A stretch of DNA of 64,000 bases, taken from NCBI GenBank assembly GCA_951406725.2, contig OX597824.1:41478001-41542000 (forward strand), read 5' to 3'. A program made the position numbers and the translations under genes. Below, one piece after another: positions 1-14,467 of this stretch; within the stretch, counting starts at the first letter, position 1, and each line of letters starts with the position of its first letter. The stretch is from Octopus vulgaris. Taxonomy: Eukaryota. The notes under the pieces were generated by a model that searched no databases, was not told where the DNA came from, and saw only the letters and a list, made by a program, of their open reading frames with translations.

Positions 1-34
1 TAGACATACATATAATTATACATCTATATGTGTG

Positions 35-90
<56 letters not shown>

Positions 91-174
91 CGCACCAGGA
101 CTCAGCTAAGTGCATTAAAGAAGGATGGTTGGTGCATGTGTGTTTAATGTGTGCGTGTGTATATGCATGTGCGT

Positions 175-221
<47 letters not shown>

Positions 222-594
222 CGATTGAGAGTGTTTTGCGCAAAATTCCCATTTGTAGACGACGACTGCTAATGCAATGCAATGGAGATTCCATGCGCAT
301 TTATATATATATTTGCTGCAATCAACACATCACCGAATGAATGTGCATTAGTGAAATATCTTATGCGCTGAGGCGTTTACACAAATATTTAACACTTGGA
401 AGCTGTGGTGGCGGGGCGTGATAAATAAGCCGGCAGAAAAATGTTATCGTCTCTCGCGTCGCGCGGAAGAGCACCATGAAATTCTCGTGTCGTTTTTGTT
501 GTTGTTTTTTTGTATTGCTCAAGGTTATTTCTGATTGAACCAGACACCTACGATCAGAGACATTCCAGCCATGACTCTCCTGTTCTTTTTATTT

Positions 595-636
<42 letters not shown>

Positions 637-653
637 TATATATATATATATAT

Positions 654-736
<83 letters not shown>

Positions 737-1842
737 CACACACACACACATATATATATATATAACCAGCCTCCGAGCGGTTCTCTGCTAATCACTAAAT
801 GATTTTTACACATTTGATTCGCAATTTTTGTAATTTTTCTGTATTAAATCTAATTTTCATTTGTATTCTTTATTCGTCTTATAGTACACATTCGTTCATT
901 ATTCTTATTGCAGTCTTTAAACTCTTTTAAACAAACTTATAGGGAAGCCATCCTCTACGTAGTCGTTCAGTATGCTAGAAATAGCAAGAATCGTTTGGGT
1001 TTATTCTAAAGCATGTAGCATGCCAAACGACCATACCAACAAATTCACCTCTGATAATTATTTTTTTTTTTCAAAATATGCCGGAATCTCTTAAAAATTT
1101 CAGCCTCTTAACAAATATTCATTGAACGAATTCCAGAAGTGGAAGAGTTGAATAGTCTTCAAAAGTAATTTTTTTCTTTTTTATCAACGTAAGAAGAGAG
1201 AAAATGGAGGTGCGTGAAATATCCCCCACCGCATATTTTTCGTATTAAATTCCGACATAGTGATAATCTACACGATCTGAAAGGTATTTGTAGAAAATTT
1301 CATTAACAAATACCAATTTTTTTTAAAGTTATAGGGAAACAAATTCTAGGCATATGAATTATCCGAAATTCCTCTCCCAACCTCAATTTTCCACTACAAA
1401 TTCCAATGTTATCGTAATCTACACACTCGAAACGTACTTTCTCTTTTTTTTTTATGAAAAATATCCATGTTTTTTCAGAAAGTTATGAGGAAACAAACTT
1501 GGTGGTGGTGGTTGTGGTTGGGGCTTTTCTATAGTTATGCCTATCTGACATAAATAAAATAAAACTGCTTTTCTTGATCGAGTTTTAATTTATTCAACCG
1601 TACACAATGATATGAAAGGATACTAGAATCCGAAACGCATTTTTCATTAAAAATATCCATGTTTTTTCAGAAAGTTATGAGGAAACAAAGTTGTCGTTGG
1701 TGGTGGGTGGGAGTGGCATTTTCTATAGTTATTGCCGTCTGACGTAAGTAAAATGAAACTGCTTTTCTTGATCAACTTTTTATTTCTTCAGAAGTACCCA
1801 AGAATATGAAAGAATACTGGAATCAATATGTTTTGACTGACT

Positions 1843-2232
1843 CTGGCAGAAACGTTAGCACGCCGGGCGAAATGCTTAGCGGTATTTCGTCTGCCGCTAC
1901 GTTCTGAGTTCAAATTCCACCGAGGTCGACTTTGCTTTTCATCCTTTCGGAGTCGATTAAATAAGTACCAGTTACGCACTGGGGTCGATATAATCGACTT
2001 AATCCGTTTGTTTATCTTTGTTTGTTCCCTCTATGTTTAGCCCCTTGTGGGTAGTAAAGAAATAGGTATTTCGTTTGTCTTTACGTTCTGAGTTCAAATT
2101 CCCCCGAGGTCGACTTTGCCTTTCATGCTTTCGGGGTCGATAAATTAAGTGCCAGTTGTGCACTGGAGTCGGTCTAATCGACAGGTTCCATCCCCTAAAA
2201 TTTCGGGCCTTGTGCCTAGAATAGAAAAGATT
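1843..2232 (+). mobile_element. tRNA-derived SINE (family A), tandem dimer
   Basis: TGGCAGAAACG A-box-like, GAGTTCAAATTCC B-box, CCTTTCATCCTTTCGGGGTCGATAAA core. Confidence 0.85.
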
Positions 2233-2429
2233 AAACATAATTTGGAGAAAAAGCAGCATTGCAAATATATGTGCAACCTTTACAATCCTAGAAGTATAAA
2301 CAAAGACATCAGGAAAACGCTGCCTCGCGAAGTAAGATGGCTTCGTTCCAGTGAGTAATAATCAGTTTTCTAATTGAATCATGAAGCTGATATCTTCAAA
2401 AGTAATTCCAGATTTTAAAAAATATGTAT

Positions 2430-2760
2430 TAATGTTTGAGTATCAGGCTCACCAATGGAGAAGTTCTTAAGCAGATCAGGCCGAAAATGTCGCTAGAAGC
2501 TAGGATCACCAAGCATAGATTGGCATATTTCGGTCATATTATGCGGAGAAAATCCCTGGAGAAGGACATCATGCTCGGAATGGTCAGTGGCAAGAGAGGA
2601 AGAGGCCGACCAAGAACCCGCTGACTTGATACCATCAAAAGTGATACCGGAATGGACATAGCCAATCTGAAAGAAGCGGCCTAGGATAGAACTGACTGGA
2701 GGACACTGATCCAACGAGTAACCGGGAAGCCGGCCCTTATGAGCCAGGCGTGACTCGGAA
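2430..2760 (+). mobile_element. RTE-clade LINE 3' fragment
   Basis: SLEARITKHRLAYFGHIMRRKSLEKDIMLGMVSGKRGRGRPRTR. Confidence 0.8.
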
Positions 2761-2771
2761 AGGAACAAACA

Positions 2772-2846
<75 letters not shown>

Positions 2847-3332
2847 GATATTTATATATATTTATGTGTATGTATGTATGTATGTATGTATGTATGTATG
2901 TATGTATGTATGTATGTATGTATGTATGTATAGGGAGTGACAAATAGAGATGAAGGGGAAGAGATTCGTTAATAAAAAATTCCACCGCCTGCGCAAAATG
3001 CTGCACTAACAGACATAAGGTATCCGTAGCTGACAATACTTACACGTGTCACTTCATTGCACGCGCGATCACTCACACACAAACACACACACACATCCGC
3101 GCGCGCGCGTGCGACACGATTACATTCAGGAACGCAGATAAATGAAAGTCGAATAGCCGTCGGCCTCTGTATCGCTTTGTTTCAGGTGACGCAAAAATTC
3201 TTTTTCTTTTTCTTAATTTTTTAATTATTAAGGATTAACGGAGGATTTTGGACTTTGCTGAATAGAGCATAGGTAATGAAACACATGGTCTGTGTAAACC
3301 ATATTGGGCGCTTATTATCATTATTATTATCA

Positions 3333-3369
<37 letters not shown>

Positions 3370-3403
3370 CATTATTATTATTATTATTATCATTATTATT
3401 ATT

Positions 3404-3800
3404 AAGGCGGCGAGCTGGCAGAAACGTTAGCACGCCGGGCGAAATGCTTAGCGGTATTTCGTCTGCCGTTATGTTCTGAGTTCAAATTCCGCCGAGGTCG
3501 ACTTTGCCTTTCATCCTTTCGGGGTCGATAAATTAAGTACCAGTTACGCACTGAGTCGATATAATCGACTTAATCCGTTTGTCTGTCTCTGTTTGTCCTC
3601 TCTGTGTTTAGCCCCTTGTGGGTAGTAAAGAAATAGGTATTTCTCCCGTTCTGAATGCAAATTCTGCCGCAGTCGACTTTGCCTTTCATCCTTTCGGGGT
3701 CGATAAATTAAGTAACAGTTGAGTATTGGGGTCGATGTAATTGACTATACCCCTCCCCCATTTCAGGCCTGGTACCTATAATAGAAAGGATTATTATTAT

Positions 3801-3855
<55 letters not shown>

Positions 3856-4075
3856 GTTTGGCGGCGAACTGTCAGATACGTTGCCGCCCCGGACAAAATG
3901 TTTAGGTACATTTCCTCCGGCTATTTACGTCGTGAGTTCAAATTTCGCTAAGATCGAATTTATTTTTATCCTCTCGGGATCGATGAAATATGTATCAGTT
4001 AAGCACTAGGGTTAATGTTATCGACTGACTCCTTACCACGAAATTTCAGGCCCAGTGCCTATTGTAGATAGAATA
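3404..4075 (+). mobile_element. SINE family A cluster
   Basis: Full head GGCGGCGAGCTGGCAGAAACG after (TTA)n, followed by further partial copies. Confidence 0.85.
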
Positions 4076-4138
4076 ATTATAGCTATTGATGATCATGATG
4101 ACGACAACAACGACGATAATAAAAATAATGATGATGAA

Positions 4139-4203
<65 letters not shown>

Positions 4204-4244
4204 TGATGGTGATGATGATGATGATGATGAGGATGATGATTTCT

Positions 4245-4965
4245 TTTATTGGCCACAAGGGACCAAGACATGGAGGACAATGTCGAAGGACGAGTTACAG
4301 CACAAAAAAAATTGCAAAAGACATGTGCGGTTAACATCAATCAAGGGCAGATACTACCACAATAAAGGATATAACAGAGGATATATAATAGAGAGTAGAG
4401 AGATAAATAATAACTAAATAAATAAATAGAAGCCCCCAATAGCGGGGCACTTCACTTTGGGTAATCCGGTGTAAAATCCACACAAAAATCTCGGTTTACT
4501 CTGCCATCTCCAAGGCATAGGAAAGTGCCCTCTCTCATTTCTTTCCTCCTACTTAGAAAAGCATATTCAGAGTAGATCCATTCAGTCTCACCAGTCGTGC
4601 CACTGTCGACCACCCTTTGATAAACACACTAGAAGGCAGCACCTGCTTCTCTACCCACACCTTCCTCTTCAAATGATATTTGAAGAAATTGATGGGGGCT
4701 TGACCAAATAGGAATGTGCCTGTCTTCAAACCTTTCTGACGGGTCCACCATACAACCTCTTTTTCCACGGCCACTAAGCAGAAGATCTACCTTCCTTCTT
4801 TGCTAAGGGAAAGTGGTGCGTCGATCTTCACCATACACTCGGCAGGCAGCTGAATTCGTTATGCACGCGACTACAACTGCTCCACACAATCTCACAAATC
4901 TCTAATGCACGGATACTGAATTTTTATATGCAAGACGGTTTTGTCCCCGCTGCAAGCATCACGGG
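4245..4965 (-). mobile_element. L1/Tx1-like LINE 3' fragment
   Basis: KEVVWWTR....FFKYHLKRKVWVEKQVL...F...W motif. Confidence 0.55.
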
Positions 4966-5008
4966 CAGGTTTGGCTGTTGGCACTTACATGCCCGAAGAG
5001 CTTGTCTC

Positions 5009-5112
<104 letters not shown>

Positions 5113-5114
5113 TA

Positions 5115-5775
5115 ACAACACTACAAAGAGCGACAAATGCAGATTGTGTGGCGGGAATAGTGAAGAGGTATGGAACATCGTTAGCGAATGCCCGAATTTG
5201 GCACAACGCGATTACAAATGACCACATGACAATGTGACCAGAATGATCCATTGGGAACTCTGTGGAAATCACGGCCTACAAGGAGTAAAGACGTGGTATA
5301 AGAAAACCCCAGAAGGTGTCACCAAGAATGAAAATTGTAAAATCCTGTGGAATGCAATAATCGAGTGCGATCACCTGACCAGACATTAGAAACCGAACAT
5401 TGGTGAAGTGAATAAAAACGAAAGATACTCGACATAGCATGTTCTGGTGACAACAGGATCAAAGAGCAAGAAGAAAAACTAAACAACTACGACGATTTGA
5501 AGTGGAAAATACGAAGGTTGTGGTCCATGAGGAGAAAGACGTGGTACCAATAGTAATTGGCTCACTTGAAAATATCAGCACTCAACTACCTGTATGGCTC
5601 AGAAAGATTGGTACAAATGCAAAGGTAGAACACCTACAAAAATCTGCATTGCTTGGGACTGCAAGACTTCTTCGAAGGCTTCTTGAAGCATGACCAGTAA
5701 ACGAGTGTCACCTTAGTTTGTTGGCTGTGGACACCTGACACTTTACTTCACACCCAGAAAAATAAGCTGAGAGCA
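5115..5775 (+). mobile_element. Decayed R4/Dong-type RLE LINE 3' fragment
   Basis: HIVSECPNLAQ, IHWELC, VVPIVIGSL..QKSALLGTARLLRRLLEA; begins directly after (AAT)n 5010-5112. Confidence 0.8.
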
Positions 5776-6021
5776 GTGGCTCTCATGGCTTCTGATCTTA
5801 ACTGATTGGAAGTGTTATTATGTATATTGTTTTGTCTTGTTATAAAAGATGGGCTACAGCAAATATTCTGCTCAATACCACAGATTTGCTTGTCAGTTGC
5901 CCCGAGAGGATGAAAGGCAAAGTTGATCTCGGCGGCATTTGAACCAAGAATATAAAGACAGACGAAATGCTCGCTAAGCATTTTGTCTGGCGTGCTAACG
6001 ATTCTATAGCTTGTTGTCTTC

Positions 6022-6074
<53 letters not shown>

Positions 6075-6329
6075 CTTTTCTAAACTTCGGCAGAAAGCCA
6101 GCGATTTTAGTGGGAGGAGGTTAGCCGATCGTATCGTCGACTGCAGGTTTTTAATTGGATTTATCGATCCCGAAAGGACAAAAGGCCTCGGTGGAAGTTG
6201 ACTTCGGCGGAATTTGGGTCTGGAACATAAAGAAGCGGAACGAATACCGCAAGGCATTTTGTCCAAAGCTCTAATGATTCGGTTAATCCACCCTGCTAAG
6301 AATTTCTCTCATTCATCTATTCATCTATC

Positions 6330-6700
6330 TTCTCCATCCACAATTCTTGGGAGGATCGTGAGCGGAAGAGTCCTCAGGCACCTCTTCCATAGGGTTCCGT
6401 CAGAAGCAACCGTCATTAGACTTTCCGGTTGGATTCCCAAGCACAACCAACTGAAATTATGGATATTATTCAGTCATCTAATTGTTGGTTTACTCCTAGG
6501 TCTCCTGCCGGTTGGTTCGTCTTGACAATTCTTTCCTGCGACATTCTAATCACATGTCTGTAGTGCCGGAGCTGTAATCTCTCAATACGGAGAAATAGCG
6601 ACTTGACCTGGAGGGACTCTCTGATCTCCGAGCTACTCACCTTACCGAGTAACGTTAATCCAGAAATCCTTCGGCTCCCGCCTTACAAAACGTGTGAATC
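6330..6700 (-). mobile_element. RTE-like LINE 3' fragment
   Basis: QLRHYRHVIRMSQER..GRRPRSKP motif on the minus strand. Confidence 0.55.
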
Positions 6701-6848
6701 ACAAGAGCCACCTATTTTGTAAGGAGGAAAGAGCGGATTCGATAACATTGGTTAAAACAAATCTTTCCTTGGATTCATTTACTTGACATCAGATGCACAA
6801 GGACTCCAGCTAGAATTGAAATCGGAATGTCAATAATCAAAATAAATT

Positions 6849-7363
6849 CCGTAAATCCTCGATTATAGTCCGCCCTTGAGTATAATACGCAGGGGATTTT
6901 TAGGGGGGCTTTACCTCTCAAAAACCTAAACCTTGTGTACAATACGCACCCCTTCTCTAACTTGAATCAAGGAGGTCTATATAACGTCCTTGGGTGTAAA
7001 AATGTATACGGTAACGTCCTTTATTGTTATTGTATATATAACATAATGCAAATGTGTAGCTTTTTTTGTGCATTTTGTTTGCAGAAAATAAAGAAATAAT
7101 AGTAATAACGTTGAATAAATGTTGCTTACTGCAAGTTATGGATAATTCTTTTATGACTTCATTGCTTTCAGGCTTAGCTTAAGGTATTTTCGCGCCCGAC
7201 ATCACAAAATGCGTCTGGATAAACATTGCCAGACAGCAAATAGAGACTCGGACATTGCTTAGAAACTATTTTTCATTTTTAACCTCGTATATAGTACGCA
7301 CTAGGGATTTTGACCGTTAAATTTCTGGGGAAAAAAATGCGGATTATACTCGAGGATTTACGG
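6849..7363. mobile_element. MITE (pogo/Tigger-like TIRs)
   Basis: CCGTAAATCCTCGATTATAGTCCGC / GCGGATTATACTCGAGGATTTACGG. Confidence 0.75.
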
Positions 7364-7644
7364 TTATCGCCAGTGATTGTGTATAGCGTCCCATCGCATT
7401 TGTTGTTACCCCATCAACACCCTTTCGTAACAGTAAAAGTAATCATGACGTTGATGATGATGATGATGATGAAGATGAAGAAAAAGTGAAAGAGAAGTAT
7501 AAGGCAAATTTGATTATGACGATGATCATGGATGACGATGACGACGACGACGATGATGATGACGAGGAACGAAAATGAACACGAGCATCTGCAATACTAC
7601 AACTACTACCACTACAAGAACAAGAACAACTGCTACTTCATCTC

Positions 7645-7680
<36 letters not shown>

Positions 7681-7778
7681 GTAGTAGTAGTAGTAGTAGT
7701 AGTAGTAATAGTAGTAGTTGTAGTGGTAGCAGTGGTAGTAGTAGTAGTACTAGTAGTAGTAGTGGCAGTAGTAGTGGC

Positions 7779-7821
<43 letters not shown>

Positions 7822-7927
7822 AAAGTGCAATGATAACGACCTCGACGACAAGGATAATGATGACGATGGCTACGTTTGACAACAAAGACCACAACGACGA
7901 CGACGTTGATGATGATGGTGATGATGG

Positions 7928-7969
<42 letters not shown>

Positions 7970-8524
7970 CAGGAATAATGTTAATCTGAAGATAAAAAAA
8001 AATTTAAAAAAAGGAAACAAAAAAACTAGAAAGGTGTAAGATCAGCAGAAGTGTGCCTGGCTTTATGTCGAGGCTTTTCGTCTGGGATTTACAGCAGATG
8101 TCTTGAAATACAAGCAATAACTTACTTACTGTAAAGCCGATTTATTCATTGTTATTTTAACTGCAAGTCAATGGATTACCATGTTGGTGTTCGCCATTAT
8201 ATTTGTGTTAGGATCATATGTGTGTGTGTGTGTGTGCGCGCGTCTGTGTATATGTGTGTGTGTGTGAGTGTGTGCGTGTGTATTGTGTGCGTGTCTGAAT
8301 GCCTCTATTCATATTTGTGCATATGCGTGTGTGTGTGAATATGTTTCCCTGCCCGTCAGTCTGTCTGTGTGTCTGCCTGTGAGTCTGTCTGTGTGTCTGT
8401 CTGTGTGAGTGTCTGTCTGTGTGAGTGTCTGTCTGCCTATCTATGCATTTGTATGTCTATCTTATCTATCTATCTGTCTGTCTGCCTATCTGCCTGTCTG
8501 TCTGTCTCTATCCATCTGTCTTTG

Positions 8525-8605
<81 letters not shown>

Positions 8606-8612
8606 TTCCTTA

Positions 8613-8678
<66 letters not shown>

Positions 8679-8694
8679 TACATATATACATGTA

Positions 8695-8905
8695 GAGGCG
8701 CAATGGCCTAGTGGTTAGGGCAGCGGACTCGCAGTCGCAGGATCGCGGTTTCGATTCTCAGACCGGGCGTTGTGTGTGTTTATTGAGCGAAAACACCTAA
8801 AAGCTCTACGAGGCTCCGGCAGGGGGTGGTGATCCCTGCTGTACTCTTTCACCACAATGGCGGTGCCCCAGCATGGCCACAGCTCAAGAGCTGAAACTGG
8901 AAAAA
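8695..8905 (+). mobile_element. tRNA-headed SINE (family C); related heads at 29748 (+), 34955 (+), 55070-55308 (-)
   Basis: TGGCCTAGTGGTTAG A box, GGTTTCGATTC B box. Confidence 0.75.
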
Positions 8906-10452
8906 CAAACAAAACAAACAAACAAAAAATATATATATATATATATATGCATGTAGAAATCACAAATTGATTTCCAGAACTCAACTTCTGACCGAGTAAC
9001 ACCACTCCCTCAACTCAGAAAGTCAGAATAAACGTTGTGAAAGTCCAAGATGTTTCTCTACACGAATTTGTTTTGAGTAAGTAAAGCGCTGCACACCTTT
9101 AAACCCACTTCTCAGCGCAATCAGCAATAGAACCAATGGTTGAGATGACCATAATTCAACTGCATTTCAAGTTTCTCATAAGACTACTTTCTCCTAGAAG
9201 GAAATTCAAACGAGAACTAGGACCCTTCACTTCTGGTAATTCACATGCTAGTTAACCAATAGCTGGGACCCTAACGGTTGTTATTATCCGAGTAAGAGTA
9301 GACCTGGAAACAGGTTTGTTCGCCGGTTCGCTGCGGGTAAGCGCTTTAGGTGTTTGAGCACCTTAAAGTCATAGACAGGCGTGACAACTCGCCCCCGATC
9401 TCAATATTTCACCATTTGTTGTGGCTTAGCAACGTCACATACTTGAATCGAACCCGGAATCGAATCGCCAATCTATGACTATGTATAAATAGTGTAAAAT
9501 CTGTTTGTTGGTATGCCATGGTGATACATACGTAAGAATGAATTCAATAGCAGCGCTAGTATTGTAAACATTATCGGCTACACATACTCTATGTGTGTTC
9601 TGCTTGGTCGCCGGCTCGCTGCAGCTAAGCACCAAGAGGACAATTCCCTCATTATGCTGGGTCACTCCTGAATCAGATCACAGCGAACTGCGTCGCCTGT
9701 CTATAACATTCAGGTGTTTTAACTCCCAGCGTTATGAGGGAGTCGTCTCGCATGCACTATTCCGCAGTGAACCGGTGAACAAACAAAACATATAAATTGA
9801 GTATGTGTGGTCGATAATGTTTACAACACTATCGCTGTTTTTAATTCGTTATTTAACCCCCATCTTCACACATATATAGTGGATACTCCCATCGTTATAA
9901 TGTATAAGGGCTTAACAGTTTGTTTTCAACGGACAAAGCTGGTGTCGGACCAACCACACATTTTGGAAATGCTAATAGTAGAAAATTGGTGGAGATGTTT
10001 GCCACTAACTTAATGTGCAACATGCATTAGTCTTCTGTATTAGAGTTCTTCATATCCTAGATTAGTTGCCTTCCCCAACGGCTTAGAGTTCAACCCACGC
10101 TGGTAGGCTAAATATGTACCTGGGTGCCAAGCCAGAAGCTTCAAAATGCTCGTGCATACACATACATACATACAGATATACATAATACACACACACATGC
10201 GCACACACATACACACACACACACACACACATCATGTAACTGGATGGCCGTTGACTCTCCTGGATTCATTCGTCCCTTGACGAGCTTTTCATCCCGTAGA
10301 GTGTCTAAAACGTCCTTACTCTCGAAGTTAGTCTTGGCGATACCACCGGTATAGTCACCGACGGCCCAACCACGCAGCAGGCTTTGCTAGGTCACATGTC
10401 ACCAGTTGCACTGAAGACCCAACTGATACACATACACACACACACACACGCA

Positions 10453-10504
<52 letters not shown>

Positions 10505-10774
10505 TAAATTTATATATATATATATATGCACACATACACATATACGTACATATATACGTTCGTTCTTAAACAAAAACATTGTTGTTGATAGTGAGTTCGA
10601 AGTTTCGGCCAGTTAAGTAATCATACAGTCCGACAAGTTTCTTTCAGTTTCCGTCTATCAAATTCATTCACAAGGCTTTCGTAGGTCAGAGACTATAGTA
10701 AAAGACACTTTCCCAAGTTGCCGTGCATTGAACCCAGAATCATCTGGTTAGAAAGCAAAATCCTTACCACACAG

Positions 10775-10813
<39 letters not shown>

Positions 10814-11764
10814 TATATACCCACATACACATATATATATACACACACATATATACACACGTGGTTTGTTTCTGGGGATTTTACTATTAAAGGGGAGAGA
10901 ATCTTTTCAGGGTTAAACCAAGTTGAGAAATTTACACGAAAGAGTAAAGAGCATAAACATATGTATATACACATGCACGCAAATATATACATGCATATAC
11001 ATATTGCATAGAGCTTGCATTGCGAAGCATTTCCTTTATCAACCAAAATTAATGTCGACAACAAGGTTTCGAGGCTTCGTTATCGTATTAGTTTTGTCAA
11101 ATTCTTGGCGGGAATTCGTGTTTTGAAATGTATATTGTATTTTGGGAGAGTCATTTTGCCAATAAGGAACATACACACCGATACTGTTTCACTTCTTTTT
11201 ATTGTTATTATCAAGTGATTAACTAATTAGTTAATTAAGCTATCGTATTTTTTTTTATTAATTGTTTGGTCAATCATTCAATTCCCTTGTTCCATCAGAG
11301 TCCTTTCTTTGGCATTGAACTTATGAATGACGCACATTTTTTATTTCTCGTTTGTTTCCTGGCGAGAGAACTTCCACCAGTCGAGCGAACTGCTAGAAAT
11401 GGCAACCATATACTGCCTGAAACAAAAATGAAGTGCACATAACTCGCAAAAAAATGGAAGTAAAAGACAGGATGGTTCCAACTTGAACGCCTTTGATCAA
11501 ATGATTAGGCAATCATAGCTAAAGAAGAACAACAAAATCTAGATGATAATATCAGGCCAATAACAGATTCTCTAAGTGGTCATCCGTTTGTTAGATGTAG
11601 CAGCTATATCTTTCTCAAAATCATACCCAACGTTCTTTTATATTTTTAAACTTTTTAGCAACATATTTGACAATATGGCCTTAGATACACGAAGAATATT
11701 GTGTGATGCAATCATGGCTGGAAATCTTTCGAGCTTGCTCCATCAGGACTTAGGGGCTAATAAC

Positions 11765-12366
11765 AACCTATTTCTTTACCATCCACAAGGGGCTAAACAT
11801 AGAGGGGACAAACAAGTACAGACAAACGGATTAAGTCGATTACATCGACCCCAGTGCGTCACTGGTACATAATTTATCGACCCCGAAAGGATGAAAGGCA
11901 AAGTCGACCTCGGCGGAATTTGAACTCAGAACGTAGCGGCAGACGAAATAACTGTTTCTTTAGTACCCACAAGGGGCCAAACAGATAGGGGACAAACAAG
12001 GGCAGACAAAGGGATTAAGTCGATTACATCGACCCCAGTGCGTAACTGGTACTTAATTTATCGACCCCGAAAGGATGAAAGCAAAGTCGACCTCAGCGGA
12101 ATTTGAACTCAGAACATAGCGGCAGACGAAATACCTATTTCTTTACTACCCACAAGGGGCCAAACACATGGGGACAAACAAGGACAGACAAAGGGATTAA
12201 GTCGATTACATCGACCCCAGTGCGCAACTGGTACATAATTTATCGACCCCGAAAGGATGAAAGACAAAGTCGACCTCGGCGGAATTTGAACTCAGAACGT
12301 AACGGCAGGCGAAATACCGCTAAGCATTTCGCCCGGCGTGCTAACGATTCTGCCAGCTCGCCGCCT
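11765..12366 (-). mobile_element. SINE family A head-to-tail trimer
   Basis: Three ~185-bp units; only the last carries the 5' head. Confidence 0.88.
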
Positions 12367-13119
12367 TTGGGGCTAATAACAACCATCATCAATAACAACG
12401 ACGATGACGTCAACAACGACGACGACGACGACGATGATGATGGCGTCGACGAGATCATGAACATAAGTTGCAAAAGCAACAACGTAAGTACTATGACGAG
12501 CAGTAAGTCTATGTAGACTTTCGACATGTTCATAATTGCTATAAATAAATTCTATTGTAAAAAGACGGAATGGTCACGGCTGGAGGATCTTTAATCATAG
12601 GACTGTTCAGTCAGAGTTAGCCTGGGGACAGACAATAACAGCGACAGAGGAGAAAGGAGTTTAAAAATCTAACTCAATGGATGGCGTGAGTCAATGCTAA
12701 AAGGTGTAAAGACAGTCTAAATTGGCTGATTAGATTAAAGGTAAGGGATTAAGCCATTGTTGTCAAACGTAATCTATTAATCCGTCTAACATTTACAATA
12801 TCTTCTTTATATTTAGGCAGCCGTACGTCCTCTATTATGATTGACTACAAAGAAGAGTCCCGCTCATACGTAAGAAATCCGACCAGACGGTTTCAGTTTC
12901 AAATTGAAAGTGTTTTCATTTTCCCTAAACAAAGACGCGCCCCGCTTCGCACCGCCATGCATACTTGCTATGAGACAAAAGAGAAAAAGAATGCGTTCTG
13001 AGCGAAAAGATTCCTTCATTCTCTGGCTCTGGGTTGGATGCTTGTGTGTGAGTATGTGTAAGAACGTATGTGTGTATGTGCATATGTGTGTGTGCGTATA
13101 TATATATATATATATATAT

Positions 13120-14070
13120 CTTTACTCTTTACTCTTTTACTTGTTTCAGTCATTTGACTGCGGCCATGCTGGAGCACCGCCTTTTTAATCGAGCAACTTG
13201 ACCCCGGGACTTATTCTTTTGTAAGCCCAGTACTTATTCTATCGGTCTCTTTTGCCGAACCGCTAAGTAACGGGGGACGTAAACACACCAGCATCGGTTG
13301 TCAAGCACTGCTAGAGGGACAAACACAGACACACAAACATATACACACACATACATACATATATATACATATATACGACAGGCTTCTTTCAGTTTCCGTC
13401 TACCAAATCCACTCACAAGGCATTGGTTGGCACGGGGCTATAGCAGAAGACACTTGCCCAAGATGCCGCGCAGTGGGACTGAACCCGGAACCATGTGGCT
13501 GGTTAGCAAGCTACTTACCACACAGCCACTCCTGCGCCTACATGTATATATATATATATATACATAGATGTATATGTATGAGGTGGGTAAGAAAATTACT
13601 TACCAACCACATAGTCTAGGGTTCGTTCCCACTGCGTGGCACCTTCGGCAAGTAGCTTCTACTATAGCCTCAGGCCGACCAAAGCCTTGTGAGTGGATTT
13701 GGTAGGCGGAAACTGAAAGAATCCAGCCGTATATATGTATAATTATTGGTGCCCCAGCATGGCTGCGGCCTTCGGGCTAAAACATTTTTAAGGATTTAAG
13801 GATTTATACATATATATGCATATGTGAGTGTGCGCGTATGTATGTGAGTGTGTGTGTGTGTGTGTCTTTGTGTCTGTGTTTACAACCCACCACCGCTTGA
13901 CAACAGGTACTAGTGTGTTTGCGTAACTTAACGGTTCGTCAAAAGAGACCAATAAAGTAAGACCCATATTTCAAACAAGAAAAGTACTGGGGTCGATATA
14001 TTCGACAAAAATTCTTCAAAGTGGTGCTCCAACATGGCCACAGTCTAATGATTGTGACAAACAAAAGATA
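13120..14070. mobile_element. Two back-to-back CORE-like tRNA SINEs (family B); more copies at ~10630, 17060, 23220, 25150, 52870, 57340, 60250
   Basis: GGTTCAGTCCCACTGCG..CCTTGGGCAAGTGTCTTCT CORE-like segment; tail CAGCATGGCCGCAGTCAAATGACTGAAAC. Confidence 0.75.
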
Positions 14071-14132
14071 AAAGTTAAAAGATATATATACATACATACA
14101 TACATACATACATACACACATACACATATTCA

Positions 14133-14399
14133 TATTTGTGCATTACGGCTCCCATTGGTTTCATGAGAAGAAAAATATCGTAATATCTTAACAATGTTTG
14201 AAGCCGATCACATGCAAGAATGATGTTCGTCTCCATTTTGGATCCAAAATGCTTTCATCCAAAATGGAGACGAACACCATTCCTCCATGTGAAAAATTGT
14301 TAAGATATGAAACTAAATCAATGGTAACCTTAATACACAAATAAAAAAAAAATTATTCACCAATTCAGTGTTGAGCACTCATTCTCATTGGTGGACATT

Positions 14400-14402
<3 letters not shown>
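14133..14402 (+). mobile_element. Decayed fold-back element with tail ending in (TA)n
   Basis: Arms ~14133-14243 and ~14257-14343; 18-bp palindrome CATTTTGGATCCAAAATG at 14234-14251. Confidence 0.65.

Positions 14403-14467
<65 letters not shown>

Noticed and set aside
974-988. GCTAGAAATAGCAAG identical to part of the SpCas9 sgRNA scaffold
   Set aside because: Only 15 nt, the flanks do not match, and similar CTAGAAAT(A/G)GCA motifs recur as a local repeat; chance match
8695-8770. tRNA gene
   Set aside because: A/B boxes are present but there is no proper cloverleaf and it continues into a SINE body with other copies
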